DNA of 64,000 nt from a bacterium (GTDB lineage Bacteria > UBA8248), in contig OY843592.1 in assembly GCA_963692865.2 (NCBI GenBank), positions 1,024,001-1,088,000 of the forward strand, given 5' to 3'. The notes beneath the pieces are model-generated. The model was not told where the DNA came from and searched no databases. It worked only from the letters and a program-made list of their open reading frames with translations. A program made the translations under genes and the position numbers. The stretch's first letter is position 1. Every line of letters starts with the position of its first letter. Below, in pieces: positions 46,380 through 55,873 of this stretch.

Positions 46380-47396
46380 ATGACAGCCATCGATCCCCAC
46401 ACCCATATCTATCCCGGGCAGTTCATCGCGGACGTGCGCGCGGGCCGCTTCGGCCGCACGGCGTCGATAGAGGCCGATGCGCACGGCGAGTGGCTCATCA
46501 CGCGGGGAAAGGTGCTCGGGCGCGACTCGGAACTCAGGAACAAGCTCACGCCCCTTTATTATGAGTTGGAACCGCGCTTCGCCGACATGGAGCGCATGGG
46601 CGTCGCGCACCAGGTGCTCTCCATCGGCCCCGCCATGACGCTCTATACATTGGAGGCGGAAGCGAACAGGGAACTGGCCGCCTCGCTGAACGACGGCCTC
46701 ACGGCGCTGGCCGGGGAGTATCCCGATAGGTTCTCCTGCATGGCCACCGTTCCCCTCCAGGCGCCCGAAGCCGCTGCGGCGGAACTCGAACGAGCGAGCG
46801 CGAACGGCCACTTAGGCGTGATGATCGCCTCGAACGTGGCGGGGAAGAACCTCGACGACCCCGGTCTGGACGTCTTCTGGGCGAAGGCCGAAGCGCTCGA
46901 TATGCCCGTGTTCGTGCATCCCACGAACGTGCTGGGCGGGGACGACCGCTTAAAGGATTTCTACCTGAGGAACTTCATCGGAAACCCGCTCGACACCACG
47001 GTTGCGGTGGCGTGCCTGATATTCGGCGGCGTGATGGACAGGTTCCCGGGGCTTCGCTTCTATCTCTCCCACGTGGGCGGTTTCACGCCCTGGATCCGGG
47101 GCCGCTGGCAGCACGGCTACGGCGAGCGCAGAGAACCCAAGGTGCACGGCGCGAAGGATCCCGAGCAGTATTTCGGCCGCTTCTATTACGACACCATCAT
47201 CCACAACGCGGAGTGCTTCGAGTTCGCCGCGAAGACGCTCGGGGCGGAGCGGATTCTCTACGGCACGGACTATCCGGCGGACATGGGCTACCACCAGCCC
47301 GCGCGGGACATACCGGGCTTGAGCCGCCTCCCGGAAGCGGCGCAGGAGATGATTCTCACGACCAACGCCAGGCGCGTCTACGGACTTGCGGTATAG
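46380..47396 (+). CDS. Amidohydrolase 2 (ACMSD-like), tandem paralog
   Basis: IDPHTH, VFVHP, SHVGG, YGTDYP. Confidence 0.88.
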   Translation: MTAIDPHTHIYPGQFIADVRAGRFGRTASIEADAHGEWLITRGKVLGRDSELRNKLTPLYYELEPRFADMERMGVAHQVLSIGPAMTLYTLEAEANRELAASLNDGLTALAGEYPDRFSCMATVPLQAPEAAAAELERASANGHLGVMIASNVAGKNLDDPGLDVFWAKAEALDMPVFVHPTNVLGGDDRLKDFYLRNFIGNPLDTTVAVACLIFGGVMDRFPGLRFYLSHVGGFTPWIRGRWQHGYGERREPKVHGAKDPEQYFGRFYYDTIIHNAECFEFAAKTLGAERILYGTDYPADMGYHQPARDIPGLSRLPEAAQEMILTTNARRVYGLAV

Positions 47397-47478
47397 GGGC
47401 TGGACAAAGAGTCTTCTCGGTGTAAAATTCAAACAGTATTCCAGTTTCGGTCGATTCAACTGCAAAGGGGACGTTCCG

Positions 47479-47766
47479 ATGGAGGAAACCACCTTCCGCG
47501 TGGGCGACAGGGTGCGCATCAAGGAGATGTACCCCGACGGCCACCACCGGACGACGTATTTCGTCAAGGGGAAGACCGGCTCGATCAACCGCTATTTCGG
47601 CAAATACAAGAATCCTGAGAATCTCGCCTACGGCGGCGACGGCATGCCGCTCCGGGAGCTCTACTGGGTGGAGTTCGACATCAACGATCTCTGGGATCAC
47701 GAGGCGGGGAAAAAGCAGGACAAACTCTATATCGAGATTTACGAACATTGGCTGGAGCCGGCTTAA
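47479..47766 (+). CDS. Nitrile hydratase beta C-terminal SH3-like subunit (ScnA-like)
   Basis: FRVGDRVRIK..GHHRT.YFVKGKTG, PENLAYG, LY.VEF...DLW, EIYEHWLEPA. Confidence 0.82.
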   Translation: MEETTFRVGDRVRIKEMYPDGHHRTTYFVKGKTGSINRYFGKYKNPENLAYGGDGMPLRELYWVEFDINDLWDHEAGKKQDKLYIEIYEHWLEPA

Positions 47767-47787
47767 GCTGAAACCGCCGGCTTCCCC

Positions 47788-48570
47788 GTGAGCGAGGAGC
47801 ACACCATGGCGCACTCACACGATCATCACAACGGCGGACACGTTCACCACCACGGCGCCCATCCCCACACCTACAGCCAGGACCCTGGGGCGCACAACGC
47901 GCGGATGCAGTCCGACGACGCCTACCGCGAAGGAGCCGTGGCCCAGGTCGAGCACGATCTGGATTACTATCAGGTGCGCGTTATGGCTCTGTTGGGCATC
48001 CTCCGCGAGAAGGGCATCCTCACGACCGATGAGATGCGGCGCGCGGTGGAGGAGATTTACGGCCAGAGCCCCGCCATCGGTTCGCGCATCATCGCGCGCG
48101 CCTGGGTGGATGAGGGCTTCAAGGAAAGACTCCTGGCGGACGCGGACGCCGCCTGCGCCGAGATGGGCGTCGACACGACGGGCATCAACCGCGTGGTGGC
48201 TCTCGAGAATACCGAGGCGACCCGCTACATGGTGGTGTGCACGCTGTGCTCGTGCTACCCGAGGCAAATCCTCGGGCAGCCCCCCACCTGGTACAAGAGC
48301 TTCCCCTACCGCTCGAAGGCCGTGACGGATCCGAGAGGGACGCTCAAGGACATGGGCTTCGATGCGCCCGATGACGTGGAGCTCATCGTCATCGACTCGA
48401 ACGCGGATTGCCGCTATCTCATTATCCCGCAGCGTCCGGCGGGAACCGAGGACTGGACGGAGGCGCAGCTCTTCCAGCTCGTGACGCGCGATTCGATGAT
48501 CGGCGTGGGCGACCCCCTGACGCCCGAGCAGCTCGAAGAAGCCGTGCAGGCGTCGGAGCAGGCCACCTGA
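47788..48570 (+). CDS. Nitrile hydratase alpha / thiocyanate hydrolase gamma-like subunit (Co-type motif)
   Basis: ARAWVD, VVCTLCSCYP, PPTWYKS..YRS, VTRDSMIG. His-rich N-terminus. Confidence 0.9.
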   Translation: MSEEHTMAHSHDHHNGGHVHHHGAHPHTYSQDPGAHNARMQSDDAYREGAVAQVEHDLDYYQVRVMALLGILREKGILTTDEMRRAVEEIYGQSPAIGSRIIARAWVDEGFKERLLADADAACAEMGVDTTGINRVVALENTEATRYMVVCTLCSCYPRQILGQPPTWYKSFPYRSKAVTDPRGTLKDMGFDAPDDVELIVIDSNADCRYLIIPQRPAGTEDWTEAQLFQLVTRDSMIGVGDPLTPEQLEEAVQASEQAT

Positions 48571-48590
48571 TAACGGGCTGATCTTTACGT

Positions 48591-48627
48591 GCGGCGGGGG
48601 TGTGGAATCCCCCGCCGCTTTTCTTTT
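48591..48627 (+). terminator. Rho-independent terminator
   Basis: GCGGCGGGGG-TGTGGAAT-CCCCCGCCGC-TTTTCTTTT. Confidence 0.8.
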
Positions 48628-48642
48628 CGGGATGGAGAGCGA

Positions 48643-50046
48643 ATGGCCTCGCCTCACGTCATTGCCATTCAGTTCGACGGCCTGCGCGCCGACGCCCTGA
48701 GCGAGCAGCGCACGCCGAATCTCCTCGCCGCGGCGGGGCGCGGCGCGTGGTTCCGGAATCACCGCAGCGCGTTTCCCACCTCGACCAGGGTTTGCGTCTC
48801 GAGCCTCGCCACGGGCGTCTACCCCAATAAGCACGGCCTGCCGGGCAATTCGCTCTTCTCGCGCGAGTTGGGCGAAACCATCACCACAGGGCGGCATGAG
48901 AACCTCCTCGCCTGGGAACGCGCCACGGGCGGGCGTCTGCTCTTGCGGGACACCTTCTTCGAGAGGGTCGGAGGCGGCGTCATCATCAGCGCGGCGTCGA
49001 GCGGCTCCGCCTGGCTCTGGAACGCGGGCCGCGCGGCGCGCCTGATTCATCCCGTCGCGGCGTATCCCGAGGAGGGGCGAGCAACGATTGAAGAGGTCAA
49101 GGAAATCCCCCCTGCCGGGGAACCCGATCTGGATCGCTGCGCGTGGGCGCTCGACCTGGCGCTCGATTACGTGATCCCCGAACTCGCGCCCCAAGTGCTC
49201 GTGGTTCACCTGAGCGAGCCGGACAGCACGCAGCATCACCGGGGCGCCGCAGGAGCGGTTCACCGCCAGGCATTGGAGGGAGTAGACCGGTTGTTCGGCG
49301 CGTTCTGGGAGCGGTTTCAGTCGGAGCGCGATGATTGGCCGCAGACGAACCTTCTCCTGTTCTCGGACCACGGAGTCGTTGCGACGGCGGGCATGATCGA
49401 CCTGGAAGCGGAACTGGCGGAACTTCCGGGTCGCGGGGAGAGTTGGCAGGTGGCGCACAGCGAGGGCGCCGCTCTCTTTTACGCGCAGTCGGGAAAAACA
49501 CTTCTGGAGCTTGTAGCGTTCTTGCGGACGAAGAACTGGGCGGGTCCGCTATTCTCTAAAGATGGGAAAGGTGGCGCGTTGCCGGGCGCGATGTCGTTAG
49601 AACTGGCGGGCTGCGGCGGGCACCGCGCGCCGGATTTGCTCATGGGCTTTCAGTGGGGCGATGGGTTCTTGCGGGGCGAGGACCGCCCGGGCGCGCTCCC
49701 CGGCTGGGGGTATTCATCCGTCAACAACAAGGGAAGCGGCGGAACGCACGGCTCGTGCAGTCCGTATGAACTGCGCAATTTCCTGATTGGCGCAGGCCCC
49801 GCTTTTCCGTCGGGCGCGCGGGTGGACGCGCCGACGGGCAACGTCGACTTGGCCCCCACCATCCTCTCCCTGATGGGGAAAGAAATTCCCGGCGGTCTGG
49901 ATGGAGAGACGCTCACGAAAGTGTCCCGAGCGAGAGGGGAAGAGCGGCTCTACCGGGTGGAGTCGAAAGAATTCTCGCAGACGCTCTCGCGCATCGAGGT
50001 GGACGGGCGATTCTATCTCAACTACGCAAAGCTGGAGAAGGTGTAA
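48643..50046 (+). CDS. Alkaline phosphatase superfamily / nucleotide pyrophosphatase-phosphodiesterase
   Basis: FDGLRAD, FPTST, EPDSTQH, SDHG, THG, VDLAPT. Confidence 0.85.
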   Translation: MASPHVIAIQFDGLRADALSEQRTPNLLAAAGRGAWFRNHRSAFPTSTRVCVSSLATGVYPNKHGLPGNSLFSRELGETITTGRHENLLAWERATGGRLLLRDTFFERVGGGVIISAASSGSAWLWNAGRAARLIHPVAAYPEEGRATIEEVKEIPPAGEPDLDRCAWALDLALDYVIPELAPQVLVVHLSEPDSTQHHRGAAGAVHRQALEGVDRLFGAFWERFQSERDDWPQTNLLLFSDHGVVATAGMIDLEAELAELPGRGESWQVAHSEGAALFYAQSGKTLLELVAFLRTKNWAGPLFSKDGKGGALPGAMSLELAGCGGHRAPDLLMGFQWGDGFLRGEDRPGALPGWGYSSVNNKGSGGTHGSCSPYELRNFLIGAGPAFPSGARVDAPTGNVDLAPTILSLMGKEIPGGLDGETLTKVSRARGEERLYRVESKEFSQTLSRIEVDGRFYLNYAKLEKV

Positions 50047-50267
50047 TTTTTTGGGATGATGCAAGCTAGGACACAGGAGGCTTGACATGAATCGTAGGCG
50101 TGGCACCATTTGAAAACCAACCTTAAAGGCATGTCGAACATGAATATCCATCGAGACCATGGCGTCAGCCTAAAATATACTTGGCGGGAAATTTCAAAAG
50201 AAAATAAATCTTGCTTGTATGGGCGACCAAGTAGTGTGTTCCACTGTTTTCAAGTTTGGGTGTACTT

Positions 50268-51410
50268 ATGATGCGCGTTGCTATTAAGCCGGAACTTTTC
50301 CGCTGGGCGCGCATTCGTGCTGACATACAACCGGATTCTTTGGCACAGCGGTTTCCAAAGTATCGCGAATGGGAAAGTGGTGACGCACAACCGACATTGA
50401 AGCAACTTGAGGCATTCGCTAAGAAAACCCATGCGCCAATCGGGTATTTTTTCCTTTCAGAACCACCCAATGAACCTTTTCCTATTCCTGACTTCCGTAC
50501 TATTGGAAGTTCGCCTATCGGAAGGCCGAACCCGGATTTGCTTGACACCATTTATCTCTGTCAACAACGCCAGGAGTGGTACCGGGACTTCTCGCGCATA
50601 GAGGGCGAGGAGCCTCTCCCATTTGTTGGCTCCGCGAGCTTGGTAGAGGATGTGGAGGTAGCGGCGGCACGCATTCGAAATGCGCTTGAGTTCGACTTAC
50701 AAGAACGTGCCACGCTTGGGAACTGGGTGGATGCCTTGCGTCGCTTCATCGCGCTGGCTGATGCGCTTGGAGTGCTGGTGATGGTGAACGGCGTCGTTGG
50801 TAACAATACTCATCGAAAGCTCGATCCTCACGAATTCCGGGGTTTCGCTCTTGTTGATGATCTCGCTCCGCTCGTCTTCATCAACGGTGCAGATACGAAA
50901 GCTGCTCAGATGTTCACTCTGGCTCATGAACTGGCACATATTTGGTTGGGTCAAACCGCGCTTTCTGACAGCCACCCTACCTCGATTCCGTCTCATGATA
51001 CTGAGTCCTGGTGCAACCGCGTGGCTGCTGAACTTCTCGTGCCACTTGGTGTGCTGCGTGAAGAATATCGCAGGGGCGAGGAAATTTCTGCGGCACTTGC
51101 TCGCCTCGCGCGTCAGTTCAAGGTGAGCACACTGGTTATATTGCGCCGAATTTATGATGTAGGCGGGTTATCGCGCGATCAACTAAATCAAGCCTATGCT
51201 GATGAGCTTAAGCGATTGCAGAATTTTCCCAAAGGTAGTGGTGGAAACTTTTATGCAACGCAAGGTGTTAGAGTTGGAGAACGCTTCGCTCGCGCTGTTG
51301 TAACTAGTACTCTTGAAGGACAGACACTGTATCGCGATGCCTTCCGCTTACTTGGGTTTTCTAAGCTGGAGACTTTCCGTAAGTTTGCGGATGGATTGGA
51401 TGTGAATTGA
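50268..51410 (+). CDS. XRE-HTH plus ImmA/IrrE metallopeptidase
   Basis: WAR..PTLKQLE, PDFRT, FTLAHELAH. Lower GC than the flanks. Confidence 0.9.
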   Translation: MMRVAIKPELFRWARIRADIQPDSLAQRFPKYREWESGDAQPTLKQLEAFAKKTHAPIGYFFLSEPPNEPFPIPDFRTIGSSPIGRPNPDLLDTIYLCQQRQEWYRDFSRIEGEEPLPFVGSASLVEDVEVAAARIRNALEFDLQERATLGNWVDALRRFIALADALGVLVMVNGVVGNNTHRKLDPHEFRGFALVDDLAPLVFINGADTKAAQMFTLAHELAHIWLGQTALSDSHPTSIPSHDTESWCNRVAAELLVPLGVLREEYRRGEEISAALARLARQFKVSTLVILRRIYDVGGLSRDQLNQAYADELKRLQNFPKGSGGNFYATQGVRVGERFARAVVTSTLEGQTLYRDAFRLLGFSKLETFRKFADGLDVN

Positions 51411-51904
51411 TGGCTTATCTTCTAGATACAAACGTGTTTATAGAGGCGAAGAACCGATATTATGGGTTTGATTTTTGCCCCGCGTTCTGGAACTGGCTAA
51501 TTGCCGCAAACATTGAGAGTAAAGTATTCAGTATTGAGAAGGTCGGCGACGAAATCAAGGCTGGTGATGATGAACTTGCGACATGGGCCATGGAGCGTGG
51601 CTCCGAATTTTTTCTCGGGCTTCCGCTTGATGTATTCCCGGCTCTTGGGACGGTGAGCAACTGGGTATCTGATCAGAACTATGAACCAGCTGCCATCAAC
51701 ACGTTTCTTCAAGACGCTGATTATTACCTAGTTGCACATGCTCTTGTCGGTGAACATGAAGTAGTAACACATGAAACACCGGCAAATTCACGTAAGAAAG
51801 TTAAGATTCCCAACGTTTGCATCGGTCTCGGCATCAAATACGTGACGCCGTTTGAAATGTTGCGGCACGAACGGGCGCGGTTTGTATTGGGCATTGCATC
51901 ATGA
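51407..51904 (+). CDS. DUF4411 family PIN-domain protein
   Basis: YLLDTNVFIEAKNRYY..FCPAFW, ADYYLVA, VVTHE, KIPNVC. Confidence 0.88.
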   Translation: MMAYLLDTNVFIEAKNRYYGFDFCPAFWNWLIAANIESKVFSIEKVGDEIKAGDDELATWAMERGSEFFLGLPLDVFPALGTVSNWVSDQNYEPAAINTFLQDADYYLVAHALVGEHEVVTHETPANSRKKVKIPNVCIGLGIKYVTPFEMLRHERARFVLGIAS

Positions 51905-52037
51905 TTCGTGGGTTCAATTTCATCGACTTTCAAGCCAATACTTGGGCGGGCGGTTTTATCTCAAATTCGCCAAGCTGGATATAGCGTAGCTTTACAGATG
52001 GCGCGCGGAGGGAAGCAGGCGTGTCCTGAACGTTCGC

Positions 52038-52943
52038 CTAGCTCTCGGCGTCGGAATAAGCGGCGCGCTCCTCGTCCTTGAAATCATCCATCAGGTTGTG
52101 TCCGCCCTCCTTGGCCTGGCGGACGGCGAAGATGGGCGGCGGCACGTCGGGACGCCATTTGGTGGTCTCGGGCGGTTCGGGCCACTCATACGGCAGATGC
52201 CGGTAGGCGTTGGGCGCGTCCGCTTCTTCGAGCAGCGCGGCCATGTCCTCGCAGATCCGGCGCTGGCCCGCGTAGTCGCCCACGAGGCCCAACTGCCGCC
52301 CGAAGGGATACTGGACGAACACCGCCCTCGGCGCGCAGACGCGCTCGGTGGTCTCGGGGACGTTGGAGATGATGACGGTGGCGATGCCCGCCTTTTCGAT
52401 TTCGCGTTGAAGCAGTCCGCCGGACCGGTTGCACAAGGGTCAGACCGGATAGAGAAAGGCCGCGTCCACGCCCTCTTCCTTCATCTTCTCGATCATCAGG
52501 GGCGCGGTGCGCTTCACCAGCGGGTTGAAATTCGGGATGTAGCCCATGATGGAATAGAGCGTCTCGGCCAGCGCGCCGATTTTCCCCTCCCTCTCGAAAT
52601 CGAGGAAGATGTCGACAGGCCAGGACACATTCCTGTCCTCGGCCATGAACGAGGTGTCGACGTGCAGGTGGGAATACGCCACGTCGTCCTGGCCCGCCGT
52701 CTTGGGAATCTCCCGGTGGGTCGGGTCGCCCCACGTGCCCTCGCGGCGCTCTCTTTCGTAGTCGAACGATTCATCGCCCTTCATGAAGATGCCAGCCGTG
52801 GAAATGAGCGTGACCTTGCAATCCGCGAGCGGTTTTTCCAACGGCGTCCACGGCGTTTTTGCCGGGTCCGCGTGGCGCTGCGCCAGAACGCGCTCGCGCG
52901 AGGTGGGGTGAAAGCAGAATCCGTCGACTCTTTCGATCGGCAT
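52038..52943 (-). CDS. Glycine/sarcosine/betaine/D-proline reductase selenoprotein B-like protein (PrdB/GrdB family), UGA recoded at 52442-52440
   Basis: ORFs 52440..52943 and 52038..52436 are in frame across one TGA: DAAFLYPV-U-PLCNRSGGLLQREIEKAGIATV..PRAVFVQYPFG. N-terminal KPLADCKVTLISTAG and DRN..P.D are typical of PrdB. 301 aa. Confidence 0.88.
52410..52442 (-). promoter_or_regulatory. Putative bacterial SECIS hairpin
   Basis: UGA-CCCUUGUGCAAC-CGGUCC-GGC-GGACUG: a 6-bp stem with a GG-starting loop 19 nt after the UGA. Confidence 0.6.
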
Positions 52944-52972
52944 GATAATCCTCGAATTCGTGGTTCCATGAT

Positions 52973-54244
52973 TCAGGCGGGGGATTCCCCTCTCTTATCT
53001 CTTTTCGTCCAGCCGAGCAACACGGCAAAGAAGCCGCAGAGGAAGAACATGAGCGCGAAGGCCGACAAGCCCCACAGATAGGAGCCGTGCAGGTCGAAGA
53101 GGAAGCCCGTGGTCCATGGCCCCGCCGCGCCCCAGAGCGCGAAGGCCATCATCGCCACGCCGTTCACGCGCCCGAAGCCCGGACCCTCGAAGTAATCCGC
53201 AAGGATGGCCGAGCCGGTGGGCCGTATGAGCCCCAAGGCGGCGCCGTTGGTTATCGTGCCCAGGTAGAAGCGGATTTCGGGGTCGCCCTTCTCGTAGGTG
53301 GCCAGAACGAGGGTGGAGGCGATTCCGAGGGCGTTGCCGATGAGGTACGTCGGCACCCGGCCCAGCCTGTCCGAGACCGGGCTGACGAGGTTCGCCGCCA
53401 CCTGGCAGAGCCCCCAGATGGCGAAGATCACGCTCGCGGTTTCGAGCGAGAAGCCCTGGTCGGTGGCGTGGGGCACCAGGTGAACGAGCATGCCCGCGAA
53501 GGCGTACGCCATTGGCAGGAACGAGCCCAGGAAGAAGAAAAACGGCAGGTTGTACATGGAGACCGGCGTGTCGTCGACGGATGATGGAGTCGCCGGTTTC
53601 GGCGCTCCTTCATCCGGCAGGTTCTGAACGAAGGGCGCGTCGGCGATGGTGCCTTTATCCGAGGGATGGTCCCTGTGGAAGATGATGCAGACGGGGAGCA
53701 CGATGAGCAGAACCACGCCCGCAAGCGCCAAGTAGCTCATCCGCCAGCCCAGGGCCGCGATGAGGTAGGGCGTCGCGATGTTCAGGCAGAATGCCCCTCC
53801 CTGGCAGGTGTTGGAAATGCCCAGGGCAAATCCTCTTTTTTTCACGAACCAGTTCGAGAGCGTGGGCACCTGGGCGATCCACGTGCTCGCGGCGAAGCCT
53901 GCGCACAGGCCGACGTACATCAGATAAAAATGCCAGAGCGAGGCGATCCGGCTCCCGATAAGCAGGGAGAGGCCGAACACCACGACGCCCGCCGACATCG
54001 AAGCCCGGATGCTCCAGCGGTCGGAGAGAATGCCCGCGAGCGGCGAGACGACGGCCTGGGCCAGCATGCCGATGGAGAAGGCCGCCGCCGTCGCCCCCCG
54101 GCTCCAGCCCAGTTCGCCTGATATTTCCTTGAAGAAGGGCCCGATGGTGGCGCGGAAGGCGATGAGGGTGATCATGACGAAAAAGACCACGGCCAGCACC
54201 ACCCAGCCGTACCAGAGGCGCGATTCGTCCCGCATGACGTTCAT
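52973..54244 (-). CDS. MFS transporter (OFA-like)
   Basis: WYGW, GWSRG, NWFVKKRG, SDRLGR and about 12 TMs. Confidence 0.9.
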   Translation of the reverse strand: MNVMRDESRLWYGWVVLAVVFFVMITLIAFRATIGPFFKEISGELGWSRGATAAAFSIGMLAQAVVSPLAGILSDRWSIRASMSAGVVVFGLSLLIGSRIASLWHFYLMYVGLCAGFAASTWIAQVPTLSNWFVKKRGFALGISNTCQGGAFCLNIATPYLIAALGWRMSYLALAGVVLLIVLPVCIIFHRDHPSDKGTIADAPFVQNLPDEGAPKPATPSSVDDTPVSMYNLPFFFFLGSFLPMAYAFAGMLVHLVPHATDQGFSLETASVIFAIWGLCQVAANLVSPVSDRLGRVPTYLIGNALGIASTLVLATYEKGDPEIRFYLGTITNGAALGLIRPTGSAILADYFEGPGFGRVNGVAMMAFALWGAAGPWTTGFLFDLHGSYLWGLSAFALMFFLCGFFAVLLGWTKRDKRGESPA

Positions 54245-54248
54245 GGCC

Positions 54249-55538
54249 CTAAGCGCGCGCTTCGCGCGGCGCGCGCGAGAGGCTCAGGGCGAAAACCGCG
54301 CCCGCGACGAACATGCCGCCCACGAGGAGAAAGCCCGCGTAGTAGTTCCCGCTCGCGTCGAAGAGCATTCCCGTCACCCAGGGACCCAGCGCGCCCGCGA
54401 GGGAGAAGACCATCATCGCGCATCCGTTCACGAGGCCGAAGCCCCGCCCCGCGAAATGATCCGCCAGAAGGGAGGACGCCGTGGGCCGGACGAAACCGAG
54501 TGCGAAGCCCAACCCCATGGCGCCCGCGTATATCCGCCACTCGGGCGATTCGCGCGTGAAGGCGGCCAGGAGATAACAGGCGGCCACGCCGCACACCACG
54601 CCCACCATGAAGGTGGGGAGTCTTCCGATGCGGTCCGATACCGCGCTCAACCCGTTTCCGAAGGCCAGGGCCGCTCCGTAGAGGGCGAAGAGCGCGGCGC
54701 CCCCCGAGGGGGAGAAGCCCTGGTCCGTCGCGTGGGGGACCAGATGCACCAGGACGGCGGTGAAGATATACGCGATGCTGCCGTAAATGCCTCCGATCAG
54801 CATGAACCTGCGGGTGAAGAAAAAAGAGAAAGAAGCGGCTTCTTTTTCCCTGCCCGGAGGAACGATGACGGCGGCCCTGGCGCGGGCGCGCGAGAACTCC
54901 TCGGACGTGAGAAAGGGCGCGTCGGGCGCAGTGCGCTTCTCTCTCGGGTGGTCGCGCAGCAACGCCAGGGCGAACGGCAGCAGGATCAGCAGCGTCAGCC
55001 CCGCCAGCGCCAGATAGCTCCCCCGCCAGCCCAGGCTCGCGATGAGCAGGGGGGTGAAGATGTTCAGGATGGGCGCGAAGCCCTGGGCGGCGTGCGAGAA
55101 GCCCATCGCCAGCCCGCGCTTGGCGACGAACCAGTTCGCGAGCAGTTGCACCTGCGGCAGGTTGGCCGTGAAGGCGAAACCGACCGAGAGTAGAAAATAC
55201 ATGGCGTAAAAATGCCAGAGCGCGCCGATGTAGGCGCCGAGTATGAGCGCCGCTCCGTTCACGAAGATGCCCGCCCCGATCACCCAGCGCATGTTGAAGC
55301 GCTCCAGCACCCAGCCCGCGAATGGAGCCACCACCGCCTGGCCGAGCATGCCCATGGTGAAGGCGGCGGCCGTCTGCGCGCGGTTCCAGCCGAACTCGCC
55401 GGAGATGTCCTTGAAGAAGACGCCGAGGGAATTTCGGATGCCGATGGCCACCGCCATGATGATGAAGACACTGAGGAGAATCACCCAGCCGTACCACAGG
55501 CGCAGTTCTTTTCGTGTCCGGTAGCGCGAGGCGATCAA
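54249..55538 (-). CDS. MFS transporter (OFA-like), paralog
   Basis: WYGW, NWFVAKRG, SDRIGR. TTG start overlaps the NifU-gene stop (TTGA). Confidence 0.88.
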   Translation of the reverse strand: MIASRYRTRKELRLWYGWVILLSVFIIMAVAIGIRNSLGVFFKDISGEFGWNRAQTAAAFTMGMLGQAVVAPFAGWVLERFNMRWVIGAGIFVNGAALILGAYIGALWHFYAMYFLLSVGFAFTANLPQVQLLANWFVAKRGLAMGFSHAAQGFAPILNIFTPLLIASLGWRGSYLALAGLTLLILLPFALALLRDHPREKRTAPDAPFLTSEEFSRARARAAVIVPPGREKEAASFSFFFTRRFMLIGGIYGSIAYIFTAVLVHLVPHATDQGFSPSGGAALFALYGAALAFGNGLSAVSDRIGRLPTFMVGVVCGVAACYLLAAFTRESPEWRIYAGAMGLGFALGFVRPTASSLLADHFAGRGFGLVNGCAMMVFSLAGALGPWVTGMLFDASGNYYAGFLLVGGMFVAGAVFALSLSRAPREARA

Positions 55539-55873
55539 GTCGATGACGGGTCTTTGAGCGGATGCCCCACCCAAAACGAATAGCCGGAGTAGAATTTCTC
55601 CACCCGTTTGATGGCGTGGTCCGAGAGGCGCACGCCCTCGACGGTAACGTCCGTGACGCCCGGATGCTGCATGAGCTTCTGGCGGACGCCCAGGGCGTAG
55701 GTGACGCTCTTGAGCATGCAGCCGCGGCATGCGCCTTCGAAGCGAAGCGATACTTCGCCTTTTTCGCTCACGCTATCTAGCGAAATGCCGCCGCCGTGAA
55801 TCTTGAGGAGCGGGCGGATCTGCGTCTCGATGATGTCCTCGACGTCGGTGACGAGGGCTTCGTGCTCGTTCAT
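55535..55873 (-). CDS. NifU C-terminal/Nfu domain protein
   Basis: IRPLLKIHGGGI..FEGACRGC. ATGA overlap with the upstream gene. Confidence 0.88.
   Translation of the reverse strand: MNEHEALVTDVEDIIETQIRPLLKIHGGGISLDSVSEKGEVSLRFEGACRGCMLKSVTYALGVRQKLMQHPGVTDVTVEGVRLSDHAIKRVEKFYSGYSFWVGHPLKDPSST

Noticed and set aside
47788-48060. Beta-alpha fusion within the NHase alpha gene
   Set aside because: RVMALLGILREKGILT matches the normal alpha N-terminal helix. Only a His-rich leader is extra.
52038-52943. Pseudogene or two-gene reading of the PrdB-like locus
   Set aside because: The single TGA falls at the family's Sec position (UxxC), in frame, with a downstream hairpin and no other lesions.
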